64,000 nucleotides of DNA from Sedimentisphaerales bacterium (GCA_963666285.1 OY762711.1), one strand, 5' to 3'; positions 8,692 through 18,518 are shown, counted from the stretch's first letter. The notes: a model not told the origin generated them from the sequence alone. Translations and numbers: made by a program.

Positions 8692-9882
8692 TTATTTTTT
8701 ATGGTCGGAGAATTTAATGATGTTTGGTTTGGCGTCTGGCTTGGTATTATCCATTTCAATGAGATTGTTTTTCTGAGCCATTATTTTAAGATCGTTAATT
8801 ACTTTCACTGAATTTTCGATGCCTTGTATAAGCTGGAACGGAGCTACAGGAATGAAATCATCTTTGACGGCAGCAAGTTGAGCATCTTCCGGCGCCTCTC
8901 TAAAGTCGATAATGCCATCTTCAGTTTCAAATTCCCAGAACATATCGCAAGCGAGAAGGTTTTCGGGGGTAGACCATTCTGTGTCTACATAAAATAGTTG
9001 GAATAAGTCTTTGATCACTCTCGACTTTGACTGCATTGTGCTTTGAGATACTTTAAAGAAAGAGTAAATTTCTTTGTCTTCAATATATGGTTCGTAGTCA
9101 GGGTCAGACAGGAAGTTGATTGTGCCGATAGCGTGGATGATTCCAGCGGCCCAGCTTGCAGGTCTGCCTTTTTTGAACTCGCCAGGGAATTGGATAGCAA
9201 AAGAGATAAGCATTTCCAAAGACAGTATGCCTAAGGTTCCGACCTCGTATTTTAAAATAAACTTCAGCAGCAATGTATAAGCATTATCAAATTTAGACAG
9301 CAGTTCTTCGGGAATGTCGTTGATAGCTTCGAAGGTTAAATTTTCCGGTTTTTCATCAAAAAAATCATCATCAAAAATGTCATCGTCGTCGTCAAATTCA
9401 TCATCAAAGTCATGATGTGCAGGGCGTTTGGTGAAATCAGGGATTTTTACATTTTCGCAATCAGAGCAGATAAATTCTTTTTTGTGTACAGTATACGATT
9501 CCTGGCCAATTTTAATTCTTCTGCCGCATTTACTGCATAATGTTGGTTTGAATTCAGGCGGATTTTCCAGTATTTCAAAATTATATTCGTTGGTGCTGAA
9601 TTCAACGAATAACTCCATGTTATCTTTAAAATCTTCCAGGCATTGTTGGCATTCCTGCCATTTGCCGGTATGGCCGGAGTGGAAATGGTGCCCGCAGATT
9701 GTGTATTTAAAATGGTTTTGCATGCAGCTGTTATGTGAAAATGAAAACATTTCGTACTGGTCTAGATCGTCGCAGATCCAGTTATCACAGCAATCAGTTT
9801 TGGTAAGGTTTTTTGTGCTGCCGCAAAGTCCGCATTTTGGTCGGTTACGTTTTGATATTTTAGATTTGTCTCTTTTACGCAT
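8692..9882 (-). CDS. Cys-rich (zinc-finger-like) N-terminus plus DUF6398-like domain
   Basis: Several CxxC pairs, acidic linker, G..ASWAAGIIHAIGTINFLSDP..EPY motif. Confidence 0.7.
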   Translation of the reverse strand: MRKRDKSKISKRNRPKCGLCGSTKNLTKTDCCDNWICDDLDQYEMFSFSHNSCMQNHFKYTICGHHFHSGHTGKWQECQQCLEDFKDNMELFVEFSTNEYNFEILENPPEFKPTLCSKCGRRIKIGQESYTVHKKEFICSDCENVKIPDFTKRPAHHDFDDEFDDDDDIFDDDFFDEKPENLTFEAINDIPEELLSKFDNAYTLLLKFILKYEVGTLGILSLEMLISFAIQFPGEFKKGRPASWAAGIIHAIGTINFLSDPDYEPYIEDKEIYSFFKVSQSTMQSKSRVIKDLFQLFYVDTEWSTPENLLACDMFWEFETEDGIIDFREAPEDAQLAAVKDDFIPVAPFQLIQGIENSVKVINDLKIMAQKNNLIEMDNTKPDAKPNIIKFSDHKK

Positions 9883-9906
9883 GTTTAGATTCCCTTAATA
9901 ATCAGA

Positions 9907-10866
9907 TTATTCTTTATCTTTGTCTCTTACCATTAGTTCGAGTTCGATCTGTCGGCGGCGTATATCCTGGAGCAGTCGTCGGTTGATAGCGAGCAGGTCG
10001 GCGATGACGCCGACGATCAGCAGGAAGATCGAGCCGGCCAGGCAGGTAAGCGATACAACCAGGGTTGGTAGATGCTGGTCTTCGCTGCCTTTGCAGTAGT
10101 GCCAGCCGAACAGGGCGCCGAACAGGATGCTGAGGCCAAACGATACCAGTGCGAGCTTCATGAAGAGTTTATGCGGCGAATATATAACCGAAATACGCAG
10201 GATGGTTGACATCGAACGCTGGACGTAGTTTTTTATGCTCTTTACCAGCCGGGACGGTCGGAGGTCATCGTTGGTGCGGATAGGTACCGATTCGATGGCG
10301 ATACCCTGGCGGCCTGACTGGATGATGGTTTCGAGGGTGTAGGTGTACGGGTCGAAAACGTTGAGCTTGGCGGCCGCTGACCGGCTGATAGCACGGAAGC
10401 CGCTGGGGGCGTCTTTGACCTCGGTCTGCGATGCCTGGCGAACGACCCAGCTGCCCAGATGCTGGAGGAATTTCTTGATCGGCGAGAAATGCTCGGTTTG
10501 GGCGATTGGTCGGGCACCGATAACGAACTCGGCACGATGCGTGAGTATTGGTTCTACCAGTTTCGGGATATCGTCTGCGTTGTACTGGTTGTCGGCGTCG
10601 GTATTGACGATAATGTCGGCACCGAGCCGAAGGGCTGTTTCTATGCCGGTCATGAACCCGCGAGCGAGCCCGAGGTTGGTAGGATGGCGTACGATATGGT
10701 CGACTCCGCAGCGTTTTGCCACTTCTGCGGTCGCGTCGGTTGACCCGTCGTCGATAATGAGCCATTCGACCTTGTCTATGCCGGGAACTTCACGCGGCAG
10801 GAAAGACAGTGCGGTTTCAAGGGTTCCTTCTTCGTTATAACATGGGATTTGGATAATAAGTTTCAT
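9907..10866 (-). CDS. Glycosyltransferase family 2 (DPM/GtrB-like) with C-terminal TMs
   Basis: IPCYNEE, IDDGSTD, NTDADNQY, DAPSGFRA. Confidence 0.92.
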   Translation of the reverse strand: MKLIIQIPCYNEEGTLETALSFLPREVPGIDKVEWLIIDDGSTDATAEVAKRCGVDHIVRHPTNLGLARGFMTGIETALRLGADIIVNTDADNQYNADDIPKLVEPILTHRAEFVIGARPIAQTEHFSPIKKFLQHLGSWVVRQASQTEVKDAPSGFRAISRSAAAKLNVFDPYTYTLETIIQSGRQGIAIESVPIRTNDDLRPSRLVKSIKNYVQRSMSTILRISVIYSPHKLFMKLALVSFGLSILFGALFGWHYCKGSEDQHLPTLVVSLTCLAGSIFLLIVGVIADLLAINRRLLQDIRRRQIELELMVRDKDKE

Positions 10867-10957
10867 ATAAGCTGGTATTTGGTATTAGGTTTTAGTGTTA
10901 GTGGCGTAATCGCCTGTCGGCGAACCGAATTACAATATAATGCAACTTGAAAAAAGT

Positions 10958-12016
10958 CTATTCTTTTAATGGGATATTTTTATTTCTGGAAACTAAATTA
11001 TTTTGCGCAATAGCAATGGCTTTATGTAGTTTTTCCAGAATGAGTTTTTTGGGTGGTAGTGAAGTCATGTAGTCCGCAACTTTTATATTACTCTTGTGTA
11101 ATTGCAATAATTCGATATGTTCCGGATTTTTACCTGTACATAATATAAGTCCAATAGGAGAATTTTCGCCTTCAATTGTTTCATATTTTTCAAGCCATGC
11201 CAAGTATAGTTCCATTTCACCTTTAAAAGCAGCGTCAAATTCTCCGATTTTTAAGTCTATGGCGATTAATGATTTAAGTCGGCGGTGATAAAATAATAAG
11301 TCAATGTAATAGTCCCGGTCATCTATTGTGATTCTTTTTTGCCTGGCTAGAAAGGCAAAGTCAGAACCTAATTCTATTATAAATTTTTGTAATTCAGCGA
11401 TTATGGCAGATTCCAAATCTTTTTCCGAATATGTATCACGCAGTTCAAGAAAATCTAAAAAATACGGATCTCTAAAAACAAGATCAGGAGTAATTTGATG
11501 GTTATCTTTAAGTTGTTCCAAATCTTTTCTAATCGTATCTTCCGGTTTTTTACTTATGGCAGTTCTTTCATACAGCATCGAGTTAATTCGTTCTCTGAAT
11601 GTTCTGACGCTCCATTTTTCTTGTATACACATTTCAATATAAAAAGAACGTTTAAGCTGGTCTTCAATCGGGAGAATTGCCAGAAGGTGTGTCCAGCTTA
11701 AATGTCGTATCAGTGATACGACAATTTCCCTGTCTGGAAATATAGCGGAAAATTGTATCATACGTCTAAGGTTTTTTTCTGAAAAAGAGCTGCCATATTC
11801 TTTAGAAAGATGCTTTGCGAGAGATGATACAATTTGTTTGCCGTATTCTGCGCGTTTGTCTAATAATACTTCATCGTTAACTCTTTTACCAATTTGCCAG
11901 TAAAGCATTGTCATTGAAGTATTTATTGAAAGTGCTAAATTTTGCTTACACCTATTAATCAGTGTTTTGATGTCATTAAGTACTTCTAATTGTTTGTTAA
12001 TATTGTTACTCATCAA
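10958..12016 (-). CDS. DUF1016/YhcG-family PD-(D/E)xK nuclease protein
   Basis: YWQIG, RAEYGK, LSWTH, RDPYFLDFL, ELG.DFAFLARQKR, DLLFYH, IGLILC. Confidence 0.92.
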   Translation of the reverse strand: MMSNNINKQLEVLNDIKTLINRCKQNLALSINTSMTMLYWQIGKRVNDEVLLDKRAEYGKQIVSSLAKHLSKEYGSSFSEKNLRRMIQFSAIFPDREIVVSLIRHLSWTHLLAILPIEDQLKRSFYIEMCIQEKWSVRTFRERINSMLYERTAISKKPEDTIRKDLEQLKDNHQITPDLVFRDPYFLDFLELRDTYSEKDLESAIIAELQKFIIELGSDFAFLARQKRITIDDRDYYIDLLFYHRRLKSLIAIDLKIGEFDAAFKGEMELYLAWLEKYETIEGENSPIGLILCTGKNPEHIELLQLHKSNIKVADYMTSLPPKKLILEKLHKAIAIAQNNLVSRNKNIPLKE

Positions 12017-12235
12017 ATGTTATAGTGCAAGTATGTTTATAATAGTATGCAAGCCTAAAATTATCATTATATATTAACTAAAAATAGGATAAATGTAAAC
12101 TGGCGAGTTTTTGGTGTTGGTTGGGCCTACCGATGTAAGAGTTTGTGTAATAGATAATTAGGTTGTTTTTCGCTGAAAATGGAATATAATTTGAAATATA
12201 ATGTAACCAAGCTCGACTAAGGATGTGTAAAACAA

Positions 12236-13174
12236 ATGGATAACAATCCTCTTCCAAATCTGGACAGCAGCCCGGAGCTTCGCGAGAAGCTGCTAGCTGA
12301 ATGCCGACTTCGGCCAGGTGAAGTATGGGTATGTCCGGAGAGTAAGCATCGGGTAGGTTGCCTTGATGCGGCGGATAGCCACCAGGTGAGTGAACTAGCA
12401 GCCGGTAATAAGATATCCCTGGCAGTGCACGATCCGCCGTATAATCTGGTTGTTTTTGAAGAGCGCACAGTCGGGGAATTTATCGACTGGTGTAAAAAAT
12501 GGGTTGGTAATACTGTGGGGCATCTGGCAGTTGATGCCTCTGTTTATTTCTGGCTGGGTGCAGACCAGAACGATGGTTTTCAGCCGCTGCCGGAATTTAT
12601 GATTATGATGCGCGACTTTGCAGATCTGCAAAGTCGTTCTTTTATTACGATGCGAAATCAGCGAGGATACGGCACACAGAAAAACTGGATGGCAGTTCGT
12701 CAGGAGTGTTTGTATTATGTTAAGGGCGGCCCGGTTTTTAACGTGCAGTATACCGATATCCCGAAGGTGCTGAGGGGCTATTATAAAGAGGTCGGGGGTA
12801 ATGTTACCGAGAATATCGAGCGGAGCAAGTCGGAGAATATCCGGGCGAGCAATATCTGGATAGATATTCAGCAGGTGTTTTACCGTATGCAGGAGAATGT
12901 CAGCGGATGTTATGCGCAGAAGCCGCTGAAGGCTATCGAGCGGCTGGTATTGGCCAGCAGTAATGAAGGTGAGGTTGTGGCAGACTTTTTTGCGCATGCC
13001 GGGACGACTCTTATCGCGGCGGAAAAGCATGGGCGGCGGTGTATAACCTGCGATATCGACCCGATATACTGCGAGATGACGATACGGCGACTGGAGCATT
13101 ATCGCAAGACGGGTGAAGAAGGTTGGCAGAATGGGAATTGTTTCAATTTGGATGATATCCAAATTGAAAAGTGA
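12236..13174 (+). CDS. N6/N4 DNA methyltransferase (beta-class motif order)
   Basis: DPPY catalytic motif near N-terminus; QKP; variant SAM-binding motif DFFAHAGTT near C-terminus. Confidence 0.85.
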   Translation: MDNNPLPNLDSSPELREKLLAECRLRPGEVWVCPESKHRVGCLDAADSHQVSELAAGNKISLAVHDPPYNLVVFEERTVGEFIDWCKKWVGNTVGHLAVDASVYFWLGADQNDGFQPLPEFMIMMRDFADLQSRSFITMRNQRGYGTQKNWMAVRQECLYYVKGGPVFNVQYTDIPKVLRGYYKEVGGNVTENIERSKSENIRASNIWIDIQQVFYRMQENVSGCYAQKPLKAIERLVLASSNEGEVVADFFAHAGTTLIAAEKHGRRCITCDIDPIYCEMTIRRLEHYRKTGEEGWQNGNCFNLDDIQIEK

Positions 13175-13202
13175 AGAACTCCTATGAGAAAAATGGTGAA
13201 AT

Positions 13203-14354
13203 ATGAGTGAAGAAATTATCAAACAGGACGTGGTAAATGATCAATTATTTGATCGAGTTGTATCTATTTTAGAGCAAGCCAGAGCTAATATAGTTCGCTC
13301 GGTTAATCATAATATGGTGATTGCTTATTGGCTAATTGGTCGAGAAATTGTGGAGGAGGTGCAAAAAGGTGAAAAACGGGCTGATTATGGCAAAAAAAAT
13401 GTGGCAAATTTGTCAAAACAGTTGAGCAATAAATACGGTAAAGGATTTTCTATAAGCAACTTAAAGTATTTTCGTCAATTTTTTATTGCTTTTCAGGATA
13501 GATTTCAAATTGGCCACCCGACGGGTGGCCAATTGAATGATATAGAAATCAGCTACCCAACGGGTGGCCAAATGTATGATGGAGCCTTAAATACAAAAGG
13601 TGTAAAAGGTTTTTCGCCTGAACTGTCATGGTCACATTATCGTGCTTTGATGAGGGTAACAAATATTGATGCTCGTGACTTTTATGAAAAAGAGGCTATT
13701 GAGTGTGGTTGGACTAAATTGCAATTGGAGAGGCAGATTCATACATCATATTATGAAAGAATTTTGAGTCATAAAGGAAAGAAAGGGCTGCTGCCGGTAA
13801 ATCGAGAAAGGTTAGCCGGAGAGCAGGCAAATGCTATTGATATAATCAAGTCACCATTTGTTCTTGAGTTTTTGGATTTACCTGATTCTCCATCGATGCG
13901 TGAAAATGATATTGAGCAATTGATAATAAACAATCTGCAATCATTTCTGTTGGAGTTAGGTAAAGGTTTTTCTTTTGTGGCTCGTCAGAAACATATTAGA
14001 TTTGACGATGATGATTTTTATCTGGATCTGGTATTCTATAATATCATTTTGAAATGTTATGTGTTGGTCGATCTAAAAATTGGAAGGCTAACTCATGCTG
14101 ATGTTGGACAAATGGATGGTTATGTAAGATTGTTTGAAGATAAGTTTAAGGTTGAAGGAAATAATCCAACTATTGGACTAATTCTGTGTTCGGATAAGAG
14201 TGAGACTGTGGCTAAGTATTCAGTCTTGAGTGAGTATAAACAAATCTTTGCATCGAAATATTTGAAGTATCTGCCGTCGGAAGAAGAACTGAAAAGAGAA
14301 GTTGAAAAAGGACTCAAATTGATTGAGAATTATAAAGCTGAAATAGAAGAATAA
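13203..14354 (+). CDS. DUF1016/YhcG-family PD-(D/E)xK nuclease protein
   Basis: YWLIG, RADYGK, LSWSHY, KSPFVLEFL, LLELGKGFSFVARQ, DLVFYN, GQMDGY, TIGLILC. Confidence 0.92.
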   Translation: MSEEIIKQDVVNDQLFDRVVSILEQARANIVRSVNHNMVIAYWLIGREIVEEVQKGEKRADYGKKNVANLSKQLSNKYGKGFSISNLKYFRQFFIAFQDRFQIGHPTGGQLNDIEISYPTGGQMYDGALNTKGVKGFSPELSWSHYRALMRVTNIDARDFYEKEAIECGWTKLQLERQIHTSYYERILSHKGKKGLLPVNRERLAGEQANAIDIIKSPFVLEFLDLPDSPSMRENDIEQLIINNLQSFLLELGKGFSFVARQKHIRFDDDDFYLDLVFYNIILKCYVLVDLKIGRLTHADVGQMDGYVRLFEDKFKVEGNNPTIGLILCSDKSETVAKYSVLSEYKQIFASKYLKYLPSEEELKREVEKGLKLIENYKAEIEE

Positions 14355-14359
14355 TTTTT

Positions 14360-16243
14360 ATGTGTGGTATAGCAGGAATAATTAGTTTTGACGGTAGTCC
14401 GGTTGAGGTTGGAGATCTTGAGCGGATGGTGGAAGTTATTCGTCATCGCGGGCCGGACGAGAATGGGACATATGTATCGCCGGATGGTCGGTGCGGGCTG
14501 GGTCATGCGCGGTTGAGTATTATCGACCTGGCAGAAGGCCGTCAGCCGATGAGTAATGAGGATGGAACGATATGGATAAGTTATAATGGAGAGTGTTATA
14601 ACTTTGCCGAGTTGAGGAAGGAGCTGATCGCGGCGGGCCATGAGTTCAGGACAAATTGCGATACCGAGGTTGTGGTCCATTTGTATGAGCAGTATGGAGA
14701 TGATTTTGTTCGGCATATGCGTGGTATGTTTGCGGTAGCGATCTGGGATGAGAACAAGCGGGAACTGGTGCTGGCACGAGATCGGATGGGGCAGAAGCCA
14801 CTTTTTTTTACATATAATCAGGACAGATTGATTTTTGCCTCTGAGCTCAAGGCGATACTGGCTATCGATAAGCTAGCTGGAGGAATGCACAAGACGACCA
14901 TTGCTGAATATCTGCTTTATGGCTATATTGGCAGCACCTGGAGCGGTTTTAGTAGAATAATCAAGATACCACCGGCGGGCATAGAAAAATTCTCTATAGA
15001 TAGTTTTGATATGAGAAATAGAGATATCCGACCTCCATATTGGCATCTGCCGCAGGAACGCAAGTTCAAAGGCAGCTATGCCGAGGCGGTGCGGCAGGTT
15101 CGCGAGACTGTAACCGATGCTGTGCGGATGCGGATGATGAGCGATGTGCCGTTGGGCAGTTTTTTGTCGGGCGGGATAGACTCGACAATTATTACAGGAA
15201 TAATGAGTAAATTCAGCAAAGAGCCGGTAAAGACCTGCGGGATAGGTTTCGAGGAAGGGTTGTATAATGAGCTGGACTATAGCCGGGCGGCAGCGGAAGC
15301 TTTTGGCTGCGATCATGTCGAACATATCGTTAAGCCTGATTGTGCAGAAACGGTGCAAAAGCTGGTAGATTTTTATGATGAGCCGTTTGCCGACGCTTCG
15401 GCATTACCGACGTTTCATTTGTGCCGGTTGACGCGTGAGCGGGTGACGGTGGCTTTGAGCGGTGACGGCGGTGATGAATGTTTCGGCGGATATCGCCGTC
15501 ATAAGGGTATCCGGGCGGCGGCGATGGTGAGGCATAATGTTTTTCTGCGACTCATTGCCGGTATGAAATGCTGGCAGAAGATTGCCTCGGGTGAGCATCA
15601 CAGCAGGCTGCATTATTTAAAGCGATTTATGGCGGCTGCTTCCAAGCCTGTGCATGAATGTTATATAAACTGGCTGGGGATTTTTGAGACTGATATGCTG
15701 GCAGAGATTGTCAAAGATCCGCCGATGGATGTATTGGCTATGCCGGCGGAATGCTGTTTTGAGAGTGACTCGGATAAGGCATCGGCTGCGATGTATTTTG
15801 ATGGCATGCATTATCTGCCGGGCGATCTGAATACCAAGGTTGACCGGGCGAGCATGGCACACAGCCTGGAGGTTCGCAGCCCGTTTGAGGATCATAAGGT
15901 TGTCGAGCTGGCGTATAGTCTGCCGCCGCAATGGCTGGTGGGCGGCAAGAACGGTAAGAAGATATTGCGGGATGCATTTGCTGACATTCTGCCGCCAATG
16001 ATCAAGGAACGTGGCAAGATGGGTTTTGGCGTGCCGGTGGGTAAGTGGTTCAGGAGCGAACTTCGAGAGATGTATGCCGATGTAGTGCTTAGCGGATCGC
16101 TGGTAGATGATGGAATAATAAATGGTAAAACTGCCGAGAAGCTGATGGTAACAAATGACAGTCAGCAGGCTGACAATGGTGATAAGATGTGGGCTTTGCT
16201 TATGCTGCAGCTTTGGGCGGATAAGTGGACAAAAAATGCGTAG
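14360..16243 (+). CDS. asnB: Asparagine synthase (glutamine-hydrolysing) family amidotransferase
   Basis: MCGIAG, HRGPD, RLSIIDL, FLSGGIDS, SGDGGDE, DRASMAHSLEVRSPF. Confidence 0.93.
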   Translation: MCGIAGIISFDGSPVEVGDLERMVEVIRHRGPDENGTYVSPDGRCGLGHARLSIIDLAEGRQPMSNEDGTIWISYNGECYNFAELRKELIAAGHEFRTNCDTEVVVHLYEQYGDDFVRHMRGMFAVAIWDENKRELVLARDRMGQKPLFFTYNQDRLIFASELKAILAIDKLAGGMHKTTIAEYLLYGYIGSTWSGFSRIIKIPPAGIEKFSIDSFDMRNRDIRPPYWHLPQERKFKGSYAEAVRQVRETVTDAVRMRMMSDVPLGSFLSGGIDSTIITGIMSKFSKEPVKTCGIGFEEGLYNELDYSRAAAEAFGCDHVEHIVKPDCAETVQKLVDFYDEPFADASALPTFHLCRLTRERVTVALSGDGGDECFGGYRRHKGIRAAAMVRHNVFLRLIAGMKCWQKIASGEHHSRLHYLKRFMAAASKPVHECYINWLGIFETDMLAEIVKDPPMDVLAMPAECCFESDSDKASAAMYFDGMHYLPGDLNTKVDRASMAHSLEVRSPFEDHKVVELAYSLPPQWLVGGKNGKKILRDAFADILPPMIKERGKMGFGVPVGKWFRSELREMYADVVLSGSLVDDGIINGKTAEKLMVTNDSQQADNGDKMWALLMLQLWADKWTKNA

Positions 16244-16282
16244 GAAACAAACTCCATAATATTATTGGAGCTTGTTGTCTGT

Positions 16283-17059
16283 TTATTTAGCTTTTTCGAC
16301 GGTGTGGATATCATCCTCAGACACTTCGCCAGTGAAATCTTTGATCTCATCCGGCAGGTATATACTGATATTGGAAAGATTTTGCGCTTTGACAGAGACA
16401 TTGCCGGACTCGATAGATAGGATATGTCCGCCGAAATCCAGGTTATCTGATAGAAAGTGCATATGATAGCCGGTGATATTGACACCCTGGAGGTATTCTG
16501 GGAACCTGAATCCGATGATCCTGCCGGTTGCATTTTCCTTTTTGAATACGCTTTGGTTTCGGGCAACTTCCTTTAATGACGGATATGGTTTGGTCTGGCC
16601 GGGCACGCTTCTGCAGGTTACATTTTGGAATTGACCGCTGATCAGGAAAACAGCCGGTTTGTTTGCTCTTGGCAGAATGCTATCGAGTTTGGTATAGAGG
16701 TTGTTGATTCCGCCGGTGAAAGAGTTGGTCGCAGTTGCCGGGCAGTTTATAAATGTGACGTTGGCAAATGGTGTGGTCTGGGAATTGCTTACATTGTATA
16801 TTTTGCCGTCGGCTCTGACCTGGTAGATATTTCCGTTGAGCATGACCATTTCGCCGTCGAGGGCGTGGAATGTTCCTATGCCGGTATCGCCGTGTTTTGT
16901 GAGTTCTGCAAAGGAGACAGTACCATCATAGCTGCCCTGCATAAGGGTTTGCAGAGTAGAAACCTGGTATAGTGTGTCTGTTTTAGCCTGTGGCTGCGAG
17001 CAGCCGGTGGCAATGAAAGCAATAAGTGCAGTGATCAGTATTCTATAAATGTTTTTCAT
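16283..17059 (-). CDS. budA: Alpha-acetolactate decarboxylase with lipoprotein signal
   Basis: LYQVST, HGDTGIGTFHALDGEM, GYHMHF, FGGH; lipobox IATGC. Confidence 0.9.
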   Translation of the reverse strand: MKNIYRILITALIAFIATGCSQPQAKTDTLYQVSTLQTLMQGSYDGTVSFAELTKHGDTGIGTFHALDGEMVMLNGNIYQVRADGKIYNVSNSQTTPFANVTFINCPATATNSFTGGINNLYTKLDSILPRANKPAVFLISGQFQNVTCRSVPGQTKPYPSLKEVARNQSVFKKENATGRIIGFRFPEYLQGVNITGYHMHFLSDNLDFGGHILSIESGNVSVKAQNLSNISIYLPDEIKDFTGEVSEDDIHTVEKAK

Positions 17060-17089
17060 GATGAGTTTTATATCGTTTAAAGGTTAAAT

Positions 17090-17122
17090 AAAAAAGGGTC
17101 TTACAATATAGTAAGACCCTTT
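17090..17122 (-). terminator. Intrinsic terminator after the aminotransferase
   Basis: AAAGGGTCTTAC-N6-GTAAGACCCTTT stem followed by a T-run on the minus strand. Confidence 0.85.
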
Positions 17123-17143
17123 GAGTTCTAATGGAAGAAAAAA

Positions 17144-18319
17144 CTATCCGTTAATGAATTTTTCGATACGGTCGATACCTTTATCGATCTGCTCCATGCT
17201 GGTAGCGAAGCTCAGTCTGATATTTCTATCGCAGCCGAACCCGCCGCCGGGAACGCAGGCGACATTAGCTTCTTCGAGCAGTTTACCGCAGAATTCGACG
17301 CTGTCTTTTACGCCCAGTTTGCTGTAAGTGGCAGAGACATCCGGGAATACATAGAATGCCCCGGTTGGCTCGGCACAGGTAACACCTTCAATTGCGTTGA
17401 GGCGTTTGCAGATATGTTCGGCACGTTTAGCGAACTCAGCGTGCATTATTTTGATGTCAGCTTCGCCTTTCTGGATAGCGTCTATGGACGCAATCTGGCA
17501 GAAGGTAGCAGGTCCGGAGGTCATATGGCTCTGCATGCCGCCGATAGCCTTGGCAGCATCTTTCGGACCGGCGATATATCCGACGCGCCAGCCGGTCATC
17601 GAGTATGCCTTGCTTAGCCCGTTGACTGTCAGGGTCTGGTCGTATAGATCCGGGCAAACCTGTGCGAAGCTTTTGAATTCCATATCGCCGTAGATAAGCT
17701 CTTCGTAGATCTCATCGCTGAGTATTACAACATTTGTACCTTTGAGAACTTCGCCTAATGCCTTGATCTCATCTGCCGAGTAGCAGAAACCGCCCGGGTT
17801 GCTGGGCGAGTTAAAAATAAGCATGGCTGTTTTGTCAGTGATGGCAGCCTTGAGGATATCCGGTGTTAGTTTATAGTCATTTTCCGGCCTGGTCTCAACA
17901 ATCTTTGGTATGCCGCCGACCAGTTTAACCATTTCCGGGTAGCTGACCCAGTATGGAGTCGGAATAAGTACTTCTTCGCCCTGGTCAACAACAGCATGGA
18001 TGCCTTCATATACGGCATGTTTGGCACCACAGGTAACAACGATCTGTGCCGGTTCATATTCGAGGTTGTTATCGTCTTTAAGTTTTCGGGCAATTTCCTT
18101 ACGAAGTGTCATATCACCAGAGGCAGGTAAGTACTTGGTTTTTCCTGCTTTGAGTGCTTCGATCGCAATGTCTTTGATAAATTCCGGAGTGTCAAAATCC
18201 GGTTCGCCGGCACCGAAACTGACGACATCGATACCTTGAGCTTTCAGCTCCTTGGCTCGTGCGGTAACTGCCATAGTTACAGACGGTGAAACAGAAGCGG
18301 CATTTTTACTGATTTTCAT
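17144..18319 (-). CDS. aspC: PLP-dependent class I aspartate/aromatic aminotransferase
   Basis: GEPDF, PYWVSY, NSPSNP, DEIY, SKAYSMTGWRVG. Confidence 0.9.
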   Translation of the reverse strand: MKISKNAASVSPSVTMAVTARAKELKAQGIDVVSFGAGEPDFDTPEFIKDIAIEALKAGKTKYLPASGDMTLRKEIARKLKDDNNLEYEPAQIVVTCGAKHAVYEGIHAVVDQGEEVLIPTPYWVSYPEMVKLVGGIPKIVETRPENDYKLTPDILKAAITDKTAMLIFNSPSNPGGFCYSADEIKALGEVLKGTNVVILSDEIYEELIYGDMEFKSFAQVCPDLYDQTLTVNGLSKAYSMTGWRVGYIAGPKDAAKAIGGMQSHMTSGPATFCQIASIDAIQKGEADIKIMHAEFAKRAEHICKRLNAIEGVTCAEPTGAFYVFPDVSATYSKLGVKDSVEFCGKLLEEANVACVPGGGFGCDRNIRLSFATSMEQIDKGIDRIEKFING

Positions 18320-18401
18320 GACTTGGCCCCTTGTTGGTTTTGTAAATTGTTAACTGTCGATTTCAAAACAACTTAGCTGATTTTGCGTTCAGAACGAACA
18401 T

Positions 18402-18441
18402 AAAAAAAGCCGATGCAGCCGTTACGGGATGCTATCGGTTT
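18402..18441 (-). terminator. Terminator-like hairpin inside the aspC 5' leader
   Basis: Minus strand AACCGATAGCATCCCGTAACGGCTGCATCGGC followed by T7. Confidence 0.6.
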
Positions 18442-18490
18442 AGTTTCAGCTTTTCAGTAACAAGTGAAACAGCATTGTTACCAAAAGCAT

Positions 18491-18518
18491 ATTATAGAGT
18501 GTTCGACAGGTATGTCAA
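18491..18518 (-). promoter_or_regulatory. Sigma70-type promoter facing aspC
   Basis: TTGACA-N16-TATAAT on the minus strand. Confidence 0.7.
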
